Origin: Paragordius varius
Taxonomy: Eukaryota; Animalia; Nematomorpha
Reading direction: 5' to 3'
DNA length: 64,000 nucleotides
NCBI GenBank assembly: GCA_964247055.1
Contig: OZ176051.1
Location: forward strand, 13,206,001-13,270,000
How positions within the stretch are numbered: position 1 is the stretch's first letter; the number at the start of each line of letters is the position of its first letter. The translations under genes and the position numbers were made by a program. Below the pieces are notes generated by a model. It searched no databases. It had not been told where the DNA came from and saw only the letters and a program-made list of their open reading frames with translations. Of this stretch, positions 52,183 through 64,000 are shown in pieces.

Positions 52183-52297
52183 GACAATAATTTAACCAAA
52201 CTGGAGTTTAATGATGATTGCGAAGAATATATCTCTAACACTGAGGATAATAAAATAACGCTAAAATTTAATGCCGTACCCAAAAAATGTCCAACAG
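52183..52297 (+). CDS. Putative internal exon of an extracellular Cys-containing protein (ZP-N-like spacing)
   Basis: tttag/ open frame DNNLTKLEFNDDCEEYISNTEDNKITLKFNAVPKKCPT G /gtatt. The ZP resemblance is by eye only. Confidence 0.4.
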
Positions 52298-52453
52298 GTA
52301 TTATAGTCATAATCGTTGAAAATCACCAGCTTCCATCGGCTTGTATATTATATAACCAGTGAAATCATAAATTAAATGGGTTCGATTATATATTTTTAAT
52401 CCTTCATGGGCTTATTTTTGAAAAAAATAATAATCAATAAATTAGATGATTTA

Positions 52454-52497
<44 letters not shown>

Positions 52498-52681
52498 TAA
52501 ATGATCTTTTACCATACTTTGATTCAACTTGTTATGTTAAAATGGCTCAACTAAAATGGATGGTAGATATAAATTGATGTAGCATTCAACCGTAAATATT
52601 CTTTGATTAATGATTCATGGGAATTTGATGCCACATAACTTATTTATTTTGTCATAGACAATTTTTTTAAATATTCCATTA

Positions 52682-54436
52682 TATTGTGTCCAAAATCGGG
52701 GGGTATATATATAACCTGTTGAAATATATATATTTTGATGGGAAAATGTATCAAGATTATCATGGTGCCTTTGGTTTTGGTATGTGTGCTATAATAAAGT
52801 TATTTAGACGTGATAAGTGTGCTCCATATCAAAAAATGGCAAAATTTGCGCACACTTTTTTAAATAAAATTTTTATGATGAAAGTTAAATGCGTCATTCA
52901 AAAAATATCACTAATATCTAATTATTAACCTATGAAAAGCAAAACAATATTTTAAAAACATTTTAATTATTAGATGTGGGCTCCCAAAGTCCCAAATTTT
53001 TCATTGTACTAAAATGTAAGTCATCTAAAAAAACGCAAAAATACCGGGATAGCGCGATAAATATATGCTAAATTTTGACAATAAAAAAAATATTTTTTTA
53101 AATGCATATATTTTACAAAAATTTAAATTTCAGGAATTTTTGTTGAAGTGTATGTATTTTATACTATTTTTAGGTATTATGGAAACAGTATTAAAACGCT
53201 TTTAGATATACCATTTGCGCTTCAAGATGGTCCTTAAACTCTTCAAGTTAGTCCTTTGACTTTTTTATCTTGTATTTAGCTTTTATCAATCAAATCGTGT
53301 ATCATTCATTTGTTTTATTGATAACCGATTTTCTATTATTTAATATAAATTATAAATCAATAACAACTTAATTATTCAGAAACCGTATATCTTTATTTAA
53401 AATTATTTTAGATATTTATAACATTTTAACACGAAATGAAAATATATAAGTTTTCTGGGTTATTAATTACAATTTTTCATTAAAAACATTTAATAGTTAA
53501 TAATTTTATGAATTGTAAAAAAATTAGTTTGAAACAAAACAGTGGTTTTTCAAAAAAATTTATTTAATGAATAAATATGTTATAATTATAGAAAATCAGG
53601 TAAAATAAAAAAATAAATGCAAATTTGATTAAATTTAATCTTAAAAATAATGACCAACTTAAAGTGTTCAAGGACCAACTCAAAGTGTTCAAGGACCAAT
53701 TGAAGTGCTCAAGGACACGTGCAAATGATATATTATAAAAACACTTTTATTTATTCAAACATTTTTAGCAACTCAGAATTTTGAGCTTCGTTTACTTTTA
53801 TATTTTAATGAATTTTTTACAATTTATTCGACAGAAGATGAAGGAATGTTTTAATTAAATTCTGAGCTAATAGAAATGTTCACCAACAAATTATATAGAA
53901 AAAGTGATTCAATAATATTTAAAAACGATTTTTATACCGTTTCCATCATCTCTAAAAATGGAATGAAGTACACTTCAACAAAATGTTGCTAACAATTAAA
54001 TTTTTAGAAAAAATATGCAATTAAAAAATATTTTTATAGGTGTCAATTTATCCTATATTTATAAATTTTATCGCGCAATCTCGGCATTTTTGCGTTTAAT
54101 TAAAAAACTAGCTTAGATAAGCGAAAAATGGGATTTTCGAAGCTAGCCCACATCTAAACATTAAAATATATTAAAAATCATCTTTTCTTTTATAGGCAGT
54201 ATATTATATATTTTAGGAATATTTTTGGAATAAGACATTTAGCTTTTACCGAAAAATATTATTTGAAAAAGTGTGCGCAAATTTTGCCATTTTCTTTTGG
54301 ACTACCTACAACAAAAGTGTAAATAACTTTCTTATATCACTCCTAAGGACCGAATTCAAAAGCACCATGATAAACCTGATATATTTTCCTATCAGAATAC
54401 ATATATTTTCACAAGTAATTTCGTGTGGACACAGTG
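52682..54436. mobile_element. Transib-like palindromic non-autonomous element
   Basis: Ends (T)ATTGTGTCC ... GGACACAGTG; inverted arms (aaaatttgcgcacactttt / aaaagtgtgcgcaaatttt). Three 21-bp tandem units near 53655-53715. A related right end GGACACTGTG lies near 60525. Confidence 0.65.
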
Positions 54437-56254
54437 TTAAAAATAAATTTTAATTTTTACGCCAGTGTTTCGTTGGTGCAAAACAGAGCAGCGCTTGAGT
54501 AAATATAGCTAAAATAATCTTCCAGTTTTATGAAATATATTTAAATAATATTTTACATTTATGATAAAAATAAAAAGTATATAAGCATAAAAAGCCTACC
54601 CGAATTTTATAAGGTTATATTTATTAGTAAAACAGATTGTAGAGCGATCCTATATTTTAATCCTTTTAAGTAATTGTATAAAAAGTCCCAAACATGCCTT
54701 GAAAAGATTTCCCGATGTGGCAGATTTAGATATTTCAAGTTTAATGGATTTAAATATTTAATTATAAAGGTAAAAGCGTTTAATTTTAGCACCAGCCGTC
54801 CACAAAATGGTGTACTAACAATGTTCACATTATAATTAATGGCTACACATTTCCTTGCATTACATTAGCGATGCACCTAAAAGAGTATAATCACACTAAA
54901 TAATACAGATGTCGGAGCCATAATCTCGAAAAGTTTCCAGAAAGTTGATTTGCCATTTTTTCTAATATTTGATTTATATTATATTTTTAGTCTTTAAAAC
55001 CTCTCTCATGAAAATATCGAGTACCAAGCTTAAGGACAATTTATTTTTTCTGACTTTTTATTTTTGGTTAGGGAAACACAACAACTTATATTAAAATTCG
55101 GAAGAAATTAAAGGCCAAGTTGCATTAAGGAAAATAATCTCAAAAACAGCAGCCAGCTTTTATACAAAAATAATTCAAATGGCAGATACTTTAAGAAATC
55201 AATAGATAATAGTAAAATACATACATTATAAACTTGTGTTTGAAACAGCATCCACGGGGTAAAACGTTAAAAATTCAATTTTTTTAAATAAAATAATAAA
55301 TTTGATATAATTTGTTAAAAAATATATATTGGAGTTTTTAATGATTCAATTAAATCATTAGTTAAATAGCACTAGTTTGCTTTATAAATATATTACCATC
55401 ATAATTTATTCAATTACCTTTTTATTAGAGTAAGCATTTTAATGGTTGCTTATTTCACACTAGATTTGGACAATTTGCAACACGTGAGTGCATGGAAAAA
55501 GGAAAGGAAATAATTGTTTATTTAAGATTTTTTGTTTTACACTACTGTGTTGCAAATTGCCCCACTATAGTTTTAAATAAGCAAACATTTCACACTAAAT
55601 ATTATACTTTTAAAGTTAACCTCTGGGCATAACACTTTACAAATCTAAAATATTAATTTTCATGAGAAAATTCATAACCGTTCGAATTAGGGTAACTAGT
55701 TACCCATCATATCTAAATTTCATAAATTTATGCTTCTGTCTAATAAAATATATGGATAAACCAAAATGTGTAAATAATTGAGTTTTTTTAAAAAATTCCT
55801 TATGGAATCTGCGCCATTTTTATTTCCCAACATTTTTGCAAAATATCATAATTTTTTGTTCTTTACGCTAAAATTAAAGCTATTTTTTTATAAAAATAGC
55901 TATAATATAAAAATAGCTATAATATAAAAAAGTGTTTGTTTATTATTATTATATTTATGAAATACACACTCGTTATGATTGCTAAATTTCTTCAGGTTTC
56001 ATATTTATTTGTATAATCAAGTGTTTTTAAATGAATCTTTTTATTTTTCGGTACATTAATGTAATACATGTTTGCTATGTTTACAATTTTTCCCATATGC
56101 TTTGTAATATATTTATAAGGAGGCCTGGGCTCACTAACCCAATTTGAATCGAAGGAATGATAAAGGAGCAGTATCCAAGTATTATACCACTCGTAAGGGC
56201 CAAAATCAAAAGCAACAATACTTTTTCCTATCAGAATATAATATATGTATAATA

Positions 56255-59200
56255 CAGTATGCATTTTAATGTATGTTCAGTAATTTTATTGCCAGTCGAA
56301 TAACATAAATGGTTTATCCAATGCGTAAAATACTGACCCACGAAATTATTTCGTAGTACACATATGAAAGAAGATTGACGTGAGAATTAACATCGGCTTT
56401 ATTTTGATGGATATTTTGTAATGTTAAATTTTGGGAATATTATAGCAATTTATGTTAACATTTGTAATATTGTTGTTACGTATTTAGATGCGGAATTTTG
56501 TGGGTTTTTATCTTTGATAAATTAATAAATGGTAAAATACGTATTTTAAGATTTTTTATGTTAATTATTCCTACAAATAATAGCTTTCAACATGCTAAAT
56601 ACCTGTATTAATTAATATTGGTATTATAATATTATATAGTTGTTATTACTAATTAAAAAAACACAGGTAAATATATATTTGTGAAAATTTAAGTAGATTT
56701 TAGATTTTTGTCTTTTATGTTTTTTGCATTGTTAATTATTAATAATTTTTAAGTATTTTAGACATTTTAATCAGGTAAATATTCGGTTTTTAAATTTAGT
56801 TAAATTTAATTTTTTTGTTTTTTTATGTAACATTGTTAATTGTAATCAATTACTACATATTTTGGCCATTTTAATAAGCACAGGTAAAAATTGCGGTTTT
56901 TAATAAATTTAGTAAAAATTTAGTAATTTTTTTGCTTTTTAGGTTTTGCATTGTTAATTGTAATTAATTACTACATATTTGACATTATTATAAATACAGG
57001 TAAAAATTGCGGTTTTTAATAAATTTAGTAAAAATTTAGTTTTTTTTGTTTTTTAGGTTTTTCATTGTAAATTGTAATTAATTACTACATATTTTGGACA
57101 TTATTAGAAATAAAAATTGTATTAACAAATTAAGTAAAAATTTAGTTTTTTTTTTGTTTTTTAGGTTTTGCATTGTTAATTGTAATTAATTACTACATAT
57201 TTTGGACATTATTAGAAATACAGGTAAAAATTGTAGTTTTTAACAAATTAAGTAAAAATTTAGTTTTTTTGTTTTTTAGGTTTTGCATTGTTAATTGTAA
57301 TTAATTACTACATATTTTGGACTTATTAGAAATACAGGTAAATTTACTAAAAATTTAACATTCGTATTTTGTATCATTGTTATTTGTTATTAATTACTAA
57401 ACATTTTGGACATTTAAAAAAAACAGGTGAAAATTGCGGTTTTTAATAAATTAATAAAATTTTTAAGTTTTTGTTCAACCTTGCTTATTTGTTAATTACT
57501 ATATATTTTTCATACATTGATATATACAAGGAAAAATTACTATCATTTGCGGTTTTTTAAATTTTTAGGAAAATTATTTTTTTTGTTTTACATTGATAAC
57601 TAATACATTAAATATAGTTAACATATCTATGCATACAGGTAAATATGCATGTTGCGGTTTTATGTTTGACATTTTATTTATCAAAATCCAACTATGTACA
57701 TTTTAACAAAGACCTTATGTTACCAAAGATTGAAAATAAGATCAAGATATATAGAACATCTTTTAAAGTATCTGAATATCGCCAAATATAAATATATCTA
57801 TTTAAATTATAAATGTATTATACAAAATATTCATAATATTATGTTTAAAATTAGCATTTTTCTTATTGATATTAATACAGGTAATTTCCATCTAATATTG
57901 ATATACGATGCGGTGTGCGTTCATGATGATCATATCTTTGGTAGATTCTATCAACTAAAATATAAGATAGAAAGGTATTTATTAATATATTAGAAAATTG
58001 ATACCTGATTCTGGAACTATTTTAACATAATTTTAAATATTAGGGGCTAAAACATTCAAAGTTTGAAAGGAAACTAAATAAGGTTGACTTGGCTTTTTAA
58101 CAACTAAATTTGCAAAAAAATATTTTCTTCATGATAAAAAATTAAAAAATGATACTTTTTGTTTTTGCGTTTCGTTCTACCATCCCAAACTATAAATATG
58201 AAAAGGCTTATATGATTTCACCAATGACGTCAAATAGAAAATTGAAACAAATATTTTTTTTCAAAAGCTTTGAATGCAACAGCACTCCAAAAACTAAACA
58301 GGCAACACTAACATTGATTGCTTTAGTGAAGAATTTCATATTTATAGTTTAAGATAGTAGAACGAAAACGCAAAAACATAAAGTATTATTACTTTTTATC
58401 ATGAAGAAAATATTTTTTTGCAAATTTAGTTGTTAAAAAGCCAAGTCAACCTTATTTAGTTCCCTTTCAAATTTAAATGTTTTTGCTTAATTCCCTTTCA
58501 AAATTTAAATGTTTTTGCTTAGTTCCCTTTCAAACTTTGAATGTTTATGCCCCCAACATTTAAAATTATGTTAAAAATACTTCTAGAATCCAGGTATCAA
58601 TTTTCTAATATATTAATAAATACCTTTTTATCTTATATTTTAGTTGATAGAATCTACCTAAGATATGATCATCATGAACACACCGCATCGTATATCAATG
58701 TTAGAAAGAAATTACCTGTATTAATATCAATAAGAAGAATGCTAATTTTAAACATAATATTATGAATATTTTGTATAATTATACATTTATAATTCAAATA
58801 AATTTATTTATATTTGGCGATATTCAGATACTTTAAAAGATCTTTATATATCTTGATCTTATTTTCAATCTTTGGTGACAAGGTGTTTGTTAAAATATAA
58901 ATAGTTGATTTGGAAAATAAAATGTCAAACATAAAAGCGTAACATGCATTTTTACCTGCTCAGATATGTTAACTATATTTAATATATTAGTATTCAATGG
59001 AAAACAAAAAAATATTATTTTCAAAAACCGCAAATCATAGTTATTTTTACCTGTATATTAATTTATTAAAAACCGCAATTTTTACCTATATTTATTATAA
59101 TGTCCAAAATATGTAGTAATTAATTACAACTAACAATGCAAAACCTAAAAACAAAAAAAACCAAATTTCTAGTAAATTTGTTAAAAACCGCAATTTTTAC

Positions 59201-59833
59201 CTGTATTTATAATAATTTCCAAAATATGTAGTAATTAATTACAATTAACAATGCAAAACCTAAAAAAACAAAAAAACTAAATTTTTATAAATTTATTAAA
59301 AACCGCAATTTTTACCTGATTAAAATGTATAAAATCCTTAAAAATTATTAATAATTAAGAATGCAAAACATAAAAGACAAAAATCTAAAATCTACTTTAA
59401 TTGTCACAAATATATATTTATCTGTGTTTTTTATTAGTAATAACAAGTATATAAAATTATAATACCAATATTGATTAATACAGGTATTAAGCATGTTGTA
59501 TTTATTAATAAATTTAGGAATAATTAACATAAAAAATCTTAAAATACGTATTTTGTTATTTATTAATTAATTATAGATAAAAACCCACAAAATTCCGCAT
59601 CTAAATACGTAACAACAATATTACAAATGTTAACATAAATTGCTATAATATTTTCAAAATTTGACATTACAAAATATCCATCAAATTAGAGCCTATGTTA
59701 ATTCTCACGTCAATCCTCTTTCATATGTGTACTACGAAATAATTTCGTGGGTCAGTATTTTACGCATTGGATAAACCATTTATGTTATTCGACTGGCAAT
59801 AAAATTACTGAACATACATTAAAATGCATACTG
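56255..59833. mobile_element. Giant foldback Tc1/mariner-type element, copy 2 (3579 bp), opposite orientation to copy 1
   Basis: TA, CAGTATGC ... GCATACTG, TA. The spacer at about 58205-58333 is the reverse complement of the copy-1 spacer; the same ~115-bp internal units are present. Confidence 0.9.
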
Positions 59834-61719
59834 TATTTCAGGATATTGTTTGTGGATACTGTATGTATTTATATATTTTAATAAGATATCTAGCTTTTGG
59901 AAAAAATATTTTATATTTAACATAATGTGCGCTAATTTTATCATTTTACGATATCGAGATATACCGCAAAATGCAAATAACTTTTTTATATAACTCGTAA
60001 GCTTCAAAGCCAAAAGTACCAAGCCAACAAATATATTTGTCAATCTAAATATATATTAATCAGATTATTTTTTCTGTCCGCAGTGTTACAAGAGTGTGGA
60101 GGAACTGATGAACCAATATATTAAAGTTGTTTTCGGTGCTTTAAAACTTAGATATACGATTATAACTGAAAAAATCTCCGTATTTTGTGAAAAAATCGCC
60201 TTAAAGATATTATTTTTAAAAATTATAATTCACTGGCGGGACGGAACAGAGGGGTGAAATCAAAAAAATGGCCTATGAACCTCTGTGCATTTACAAATTT
60301 TTTTTTGAAATATTGAGCGGCTTTTACATGTAGTTTATGATATATTTTAGTAATATTTTTGGAATTAAGCATTTTGTCATTTTGGTTTCACCAAAAAATT
60401 TGTTTTCGCGCAAAATGAACTTTCTTAAATCACTCGTAAAGGCCACAATTAAAAGCTCCCTAATCCTGATACATTGTTCTGTCAAAATATATATATTTCA
60501 TCAGATTATTTTTTGTGGACACTGTGTTATAATAGCTCTTCTATCGACTTACATTGTGAATATGTAGGTTAATTATTGCATCGGAATCCAGTTCGGATTG
60601 CGACATACAAGTGCGGCTTGTGACGGCCGAATAAATGATTATTTTGTTTAAAGGGTCACATATATTGCATACAAATTTTCAAGTTTCATATGCAGATACT
60701 TATCTAAATCAGTACACCTACATTTTTCCGATTATATGCAAATGAATATCTTTTAAAAAAACAGATATTCCCTATGTCTTTTAACAAATTCATTTTTATT
60801 ATGCCCCCTCATTTTAAATTAAGACAAAAAATTCAGGACATATGTAATTCTCAAACATTGTTTACCTGTTTCAGATAAAAAAATCTTATATTTTTTACAG
60901 TTTTATGACTTCTGGAGTAAATTGGGACAGCTACAAAACACGATCAAACTAAACAGCGATTTAAAATCAAATAATATCAAGATTTGCTGGCAAAATTAAT
61001 GAAATGTTTCTAAAATTATTTATTTACATTTGTTAACCATAATATACATTTATTTGCCTATAATATTGGCGATTTAATTAAAAATTAGGGGAAAAAATGA
61101 CGACGAATAAGTTTGAGATGTACATTCTATAAAATTTTTTTGTATTATGCGCCTTAAAGGCTAACATATTTTTAAATTCGGCCTGACACCTATTTTTTTG
61201 CGATATTCAAATTTCCATTCGCTTTAAGATAACTCCAAAAGATTATGATGAATTAAAATGTATTTTTAAAAAATTAAGAATAATTTTAATAAATTACGAA
61301 TTAAATAAAAGGCTATTACATTAAATTTAAATTATATATAAAATTTTTAGCTTTTAATTATATTAAACTCATTGACTGTAATTTTATGAACAGTTGCCAG
61401 ATCATAGTGTATACCGGTTTAAGAAAAGAAGTCAGCGGAAAAATCGGAAAAAATTGACACCAAAACTATTATATTTTTCTGACATTAAACGACAAACACA
61501 CACGAGTTGAGTTTGCCAAAAACTACCTCTCATATTTTTATAGTTGGTGATCATTTCATATTTTGTGCCTGAAAAGAACATTTGCGGGGGAATCGCTTTT
61601 CTTAACCATCTGAAGATAAAAGCTGTTAAATTAATTTGCGTGTAAAAAAATTTGTGGGGATTATATCGATTGAAATATGGATCCTTTACGCTCTGGTAGA
61701 CCACACAATTAGAAGATGA

Positions 61720-62510
61720 TTAGGTGCAAAAGTTATTAGGTAAGACCCAATTAAAACTCAGTGTGACAGAAGCATTACATGTATCACAAAAAAACATTCA
61801 GTAGACATCTACAAATATAGGAAAAACTAATATATTAATGGATGCACAATTTGACTGAATGTCAAGCAAAACTCGGGAAACTGTATCTTGCATTGAACTT
61901 CAGTAACGAATCGTGATGGCTTATTAGAAGTGGCTATATCTTAAAATTTAGAGCCAAAAATATTGTGGCTTTGACCGTGTCAATACTTTTCCTTAACAAC
62001 AAAACCAAATAGCTTTGAGAAAACTATTATGTGTTTGTTAGGACCAGGGCGGTATTGTGCATCAAGGACTTGCTAAAACATCAATACACAGTGCTATCAC
62101 CTACAATGATTAATTAAAACCATGCATTAATGAAAAAACAACCGGAATAAGCCAGAAGATTTGCAATTAGAGTTCGCAACAAGAATATGTTTTCAGTATC
62201 AAGATTAGTAAAAACTACCGCAAAATCGTAATGAGTATTTTTTCCATATGCGTCATTTCCTGACTTATCGCCATCTGATTATTACCTCTTACAATGGAGA
62301 CGTTTGCAGAGCATGTAATAATTCGTAAGACATTCAAAAATGGCTAAAACGGTTTGCCGCAAAAGCCAGTCAGTTTTTTGTCATGATATAATACATGAAT
62401 TGACGAAGTGTGTAAAAGCCAATGGACAATAATTATGTTAAAATAAATAATTTTCCCTTTATTGCGTATTTTTTACTAATAAACCGGTAAAGAAATATGA
62501 ATACACCTGT
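61720..62510 (+). mobile_element. Mariner transposon relic
   Basis: PDLSPSDYYL at 62259-62288 (YSPDLAPSDY motif) and DQGGIVH at 62042 (WD..G.I motif). TIR-like TTAGGTGCAAAAG at 61720. Heavily decayed. Confidence 0.65.
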
Positions 62511-62815
62511 TATTTATTAAATCCCTGTTTAAATAATTATGATATATCAAGTTTAAATTGCTAAAGAATAAAATGGTTAGTTTTCATTTTTAAGCTTAAA
62601 GTTTAATATTTAATCCAAACATTGATACTATCATTGTGATTAATTATATTTAATTCTTTGACGTGGTAACAAAGTTTTTATCAATTATTAGCTAAATAAT
62701 ATATGCTTTATCATTTATTTTACTAACATTTATATTTTGATTCATGGTATATATAAATCTGATCACACAATTAAGTTAAAAACCCAAATATATATAATAT
62801 TATAAGCTGAAGGAA

Positions 62816-64000
62816 TTATTTAGGATCCGAAAATCGCCCTTTAAATACTATAGCGGTTTTGTCTTTAATTAGGTAGTATAGGAAAGGAGTGTTGATGTAG
62901 GTTGGTTCACTAAGGGATCTAAAAGAAAATCCGATGACAGTAACAGCGGCACCTTCTGTACCTTCCTCATTAACCTTAAGTTTCACTTGATGATCGATTT
63001 TACTCAGCGTCAAATTTGCATTTCCTTTTATTACTCGGTTCATGTACCTATGTAGTTAAAGACTTATAATTAATATATATATTATGATGACGCAAATTTC
63101 ACATACAACAGAGGATACCCCTTACGGCTTATATTGACTGATTGTTAAAAAACATTTAATATACGGCGCCTATAAGGTAAAATATTCCTTTAATATGCAC
63201 TTTTCTTCATCTTAAAAATTTTTTCGATGTATGGTTTAAGACGACTTAAAAAAGCCCTATGCAAATATTAAGCCATTACACAAAATGGGTGTTATTTAAC
63301 GGAGTCTAAACGGAATTAAAGTTTCCATATATCGGTTATAAATAACTTTATGCTAAAAAAATGAAAAGTAGGAAACAATGTTATACAAAATGTAAACGGG
63401 CCAACTTAATAAATGGTTGACAATTTAATATTTTTTTCAGGAATAATGTATCCATAATGCATTACTCTTTGTGACAAGTTAACTCCTGACTAAGCGTTTC
63501 CAAAACATTGAGTTTATAATTTATATCCATACGCGGCATTACGAATGTATCAAAGTTAGTAGGGGATACACCATCAAGTTGGTCCAAAAATTTTGGATTT
63601 TCTCCAACCTTTGACTCTAATTCATTTATATCCCTGTTTGTGGGTACGACAAGCACAAATTTGTAATTCTTACTATGGTAGGGTATCACATATATTTCAG
63701 ATCCCAATGTGCCAGAACTAACATGCACAAGTGGAATGGACGAAGCAGAGAGCATATCGATTTCTTTTTCACCGCTTACGCCAAAAAATTTACCTTTGAT
63801 AGTTCTATTATTATTTTAAATATAATATATATAGTTAATGGGAGAATTAAGGAAAACATTTTATCTGCTAAAATATTTTTTTGTGTGGCGTGTCACTGGT
63901 TTATAATAAACAAATAAAATTTTTTTTATATGATGAAGTAAATAAAGCTTACTCGTCAAATTTCTGAGTCCATTTATTTTTAAAATAGAGGGTTGGTGTA
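62816..64000 (-). CDS. Serpin (serine protease inhibitor), 3' part; predicted P1-P1' Arg-Ser
   Basis: Exons 64000-63953 (TLYFKNKWTQKFDE), 63804-63466 (TIKGKFFG...IDML...MPRMDI) and 63047-62816 (VNEEGTEGAAVTVIGFSFRSL...INTPFLYYLI...FKGRFSDP*). Two phase-2 GT-AG introns (148 and 418 nt). The 5' end lies outside the window. Confidence 0.93.

Noticed and set aside
55060-55260. Possible further exon(s) of the secreted-protein gene
   Set aside because: All three frames contain stops between plausible splice sites; no consistent model.
33000-62000. Most 60-100 aa ORFs in the supplied track (Ile/Lys/Phe/Tyr/Asn-rich)
   Set aside because: Their composition mirrors AT-rich non-coding or repeat DNA, many lie in palindromic arms, and none shows a domain motif.

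Overview
This is very AT-rich eukaryotic (animal) DNA, not prokaryotic. A cnidarian, possibly a myxozoan, is my inference from the protein style, the 38-93 nt introns and the base composition. The first 28.5 kb hold a 29-exon TRPN1/NOMPC mechanosensitive channel gene (29 ankyrin repeats plus the TRP transmembrane domain, about 1676 codons). It carries three lesions: one dead splice acceptor and two compensating frameshifts 70 nt apart. All of them could be bypassed by in-frame alternative splicing. Its large introns are filled with a decayed Ty3/gypsy element and nested hAT, piggyBac-like and Transib-like elements. Downstream is a full-length RTE-clade LINE (29025-32939, minus strand) flanked by a 15-bp target-site duplication. 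Its first nucleotide starts a well-formed HDV-like ribozyme fold, and it has a PHD finger inserted in its reverse transcriptase. The remainder is mostly repeats: two 3.6-3.9 kb palindromic TA-CAGT foldback elements and many MITEs. It also has scattered exons of a possible secreted protein, a mariner relic and the 3' part of an Arg-Ser serpin gene at the window end. All alignments were done by eye and from memory of the protein families; no searches were run.
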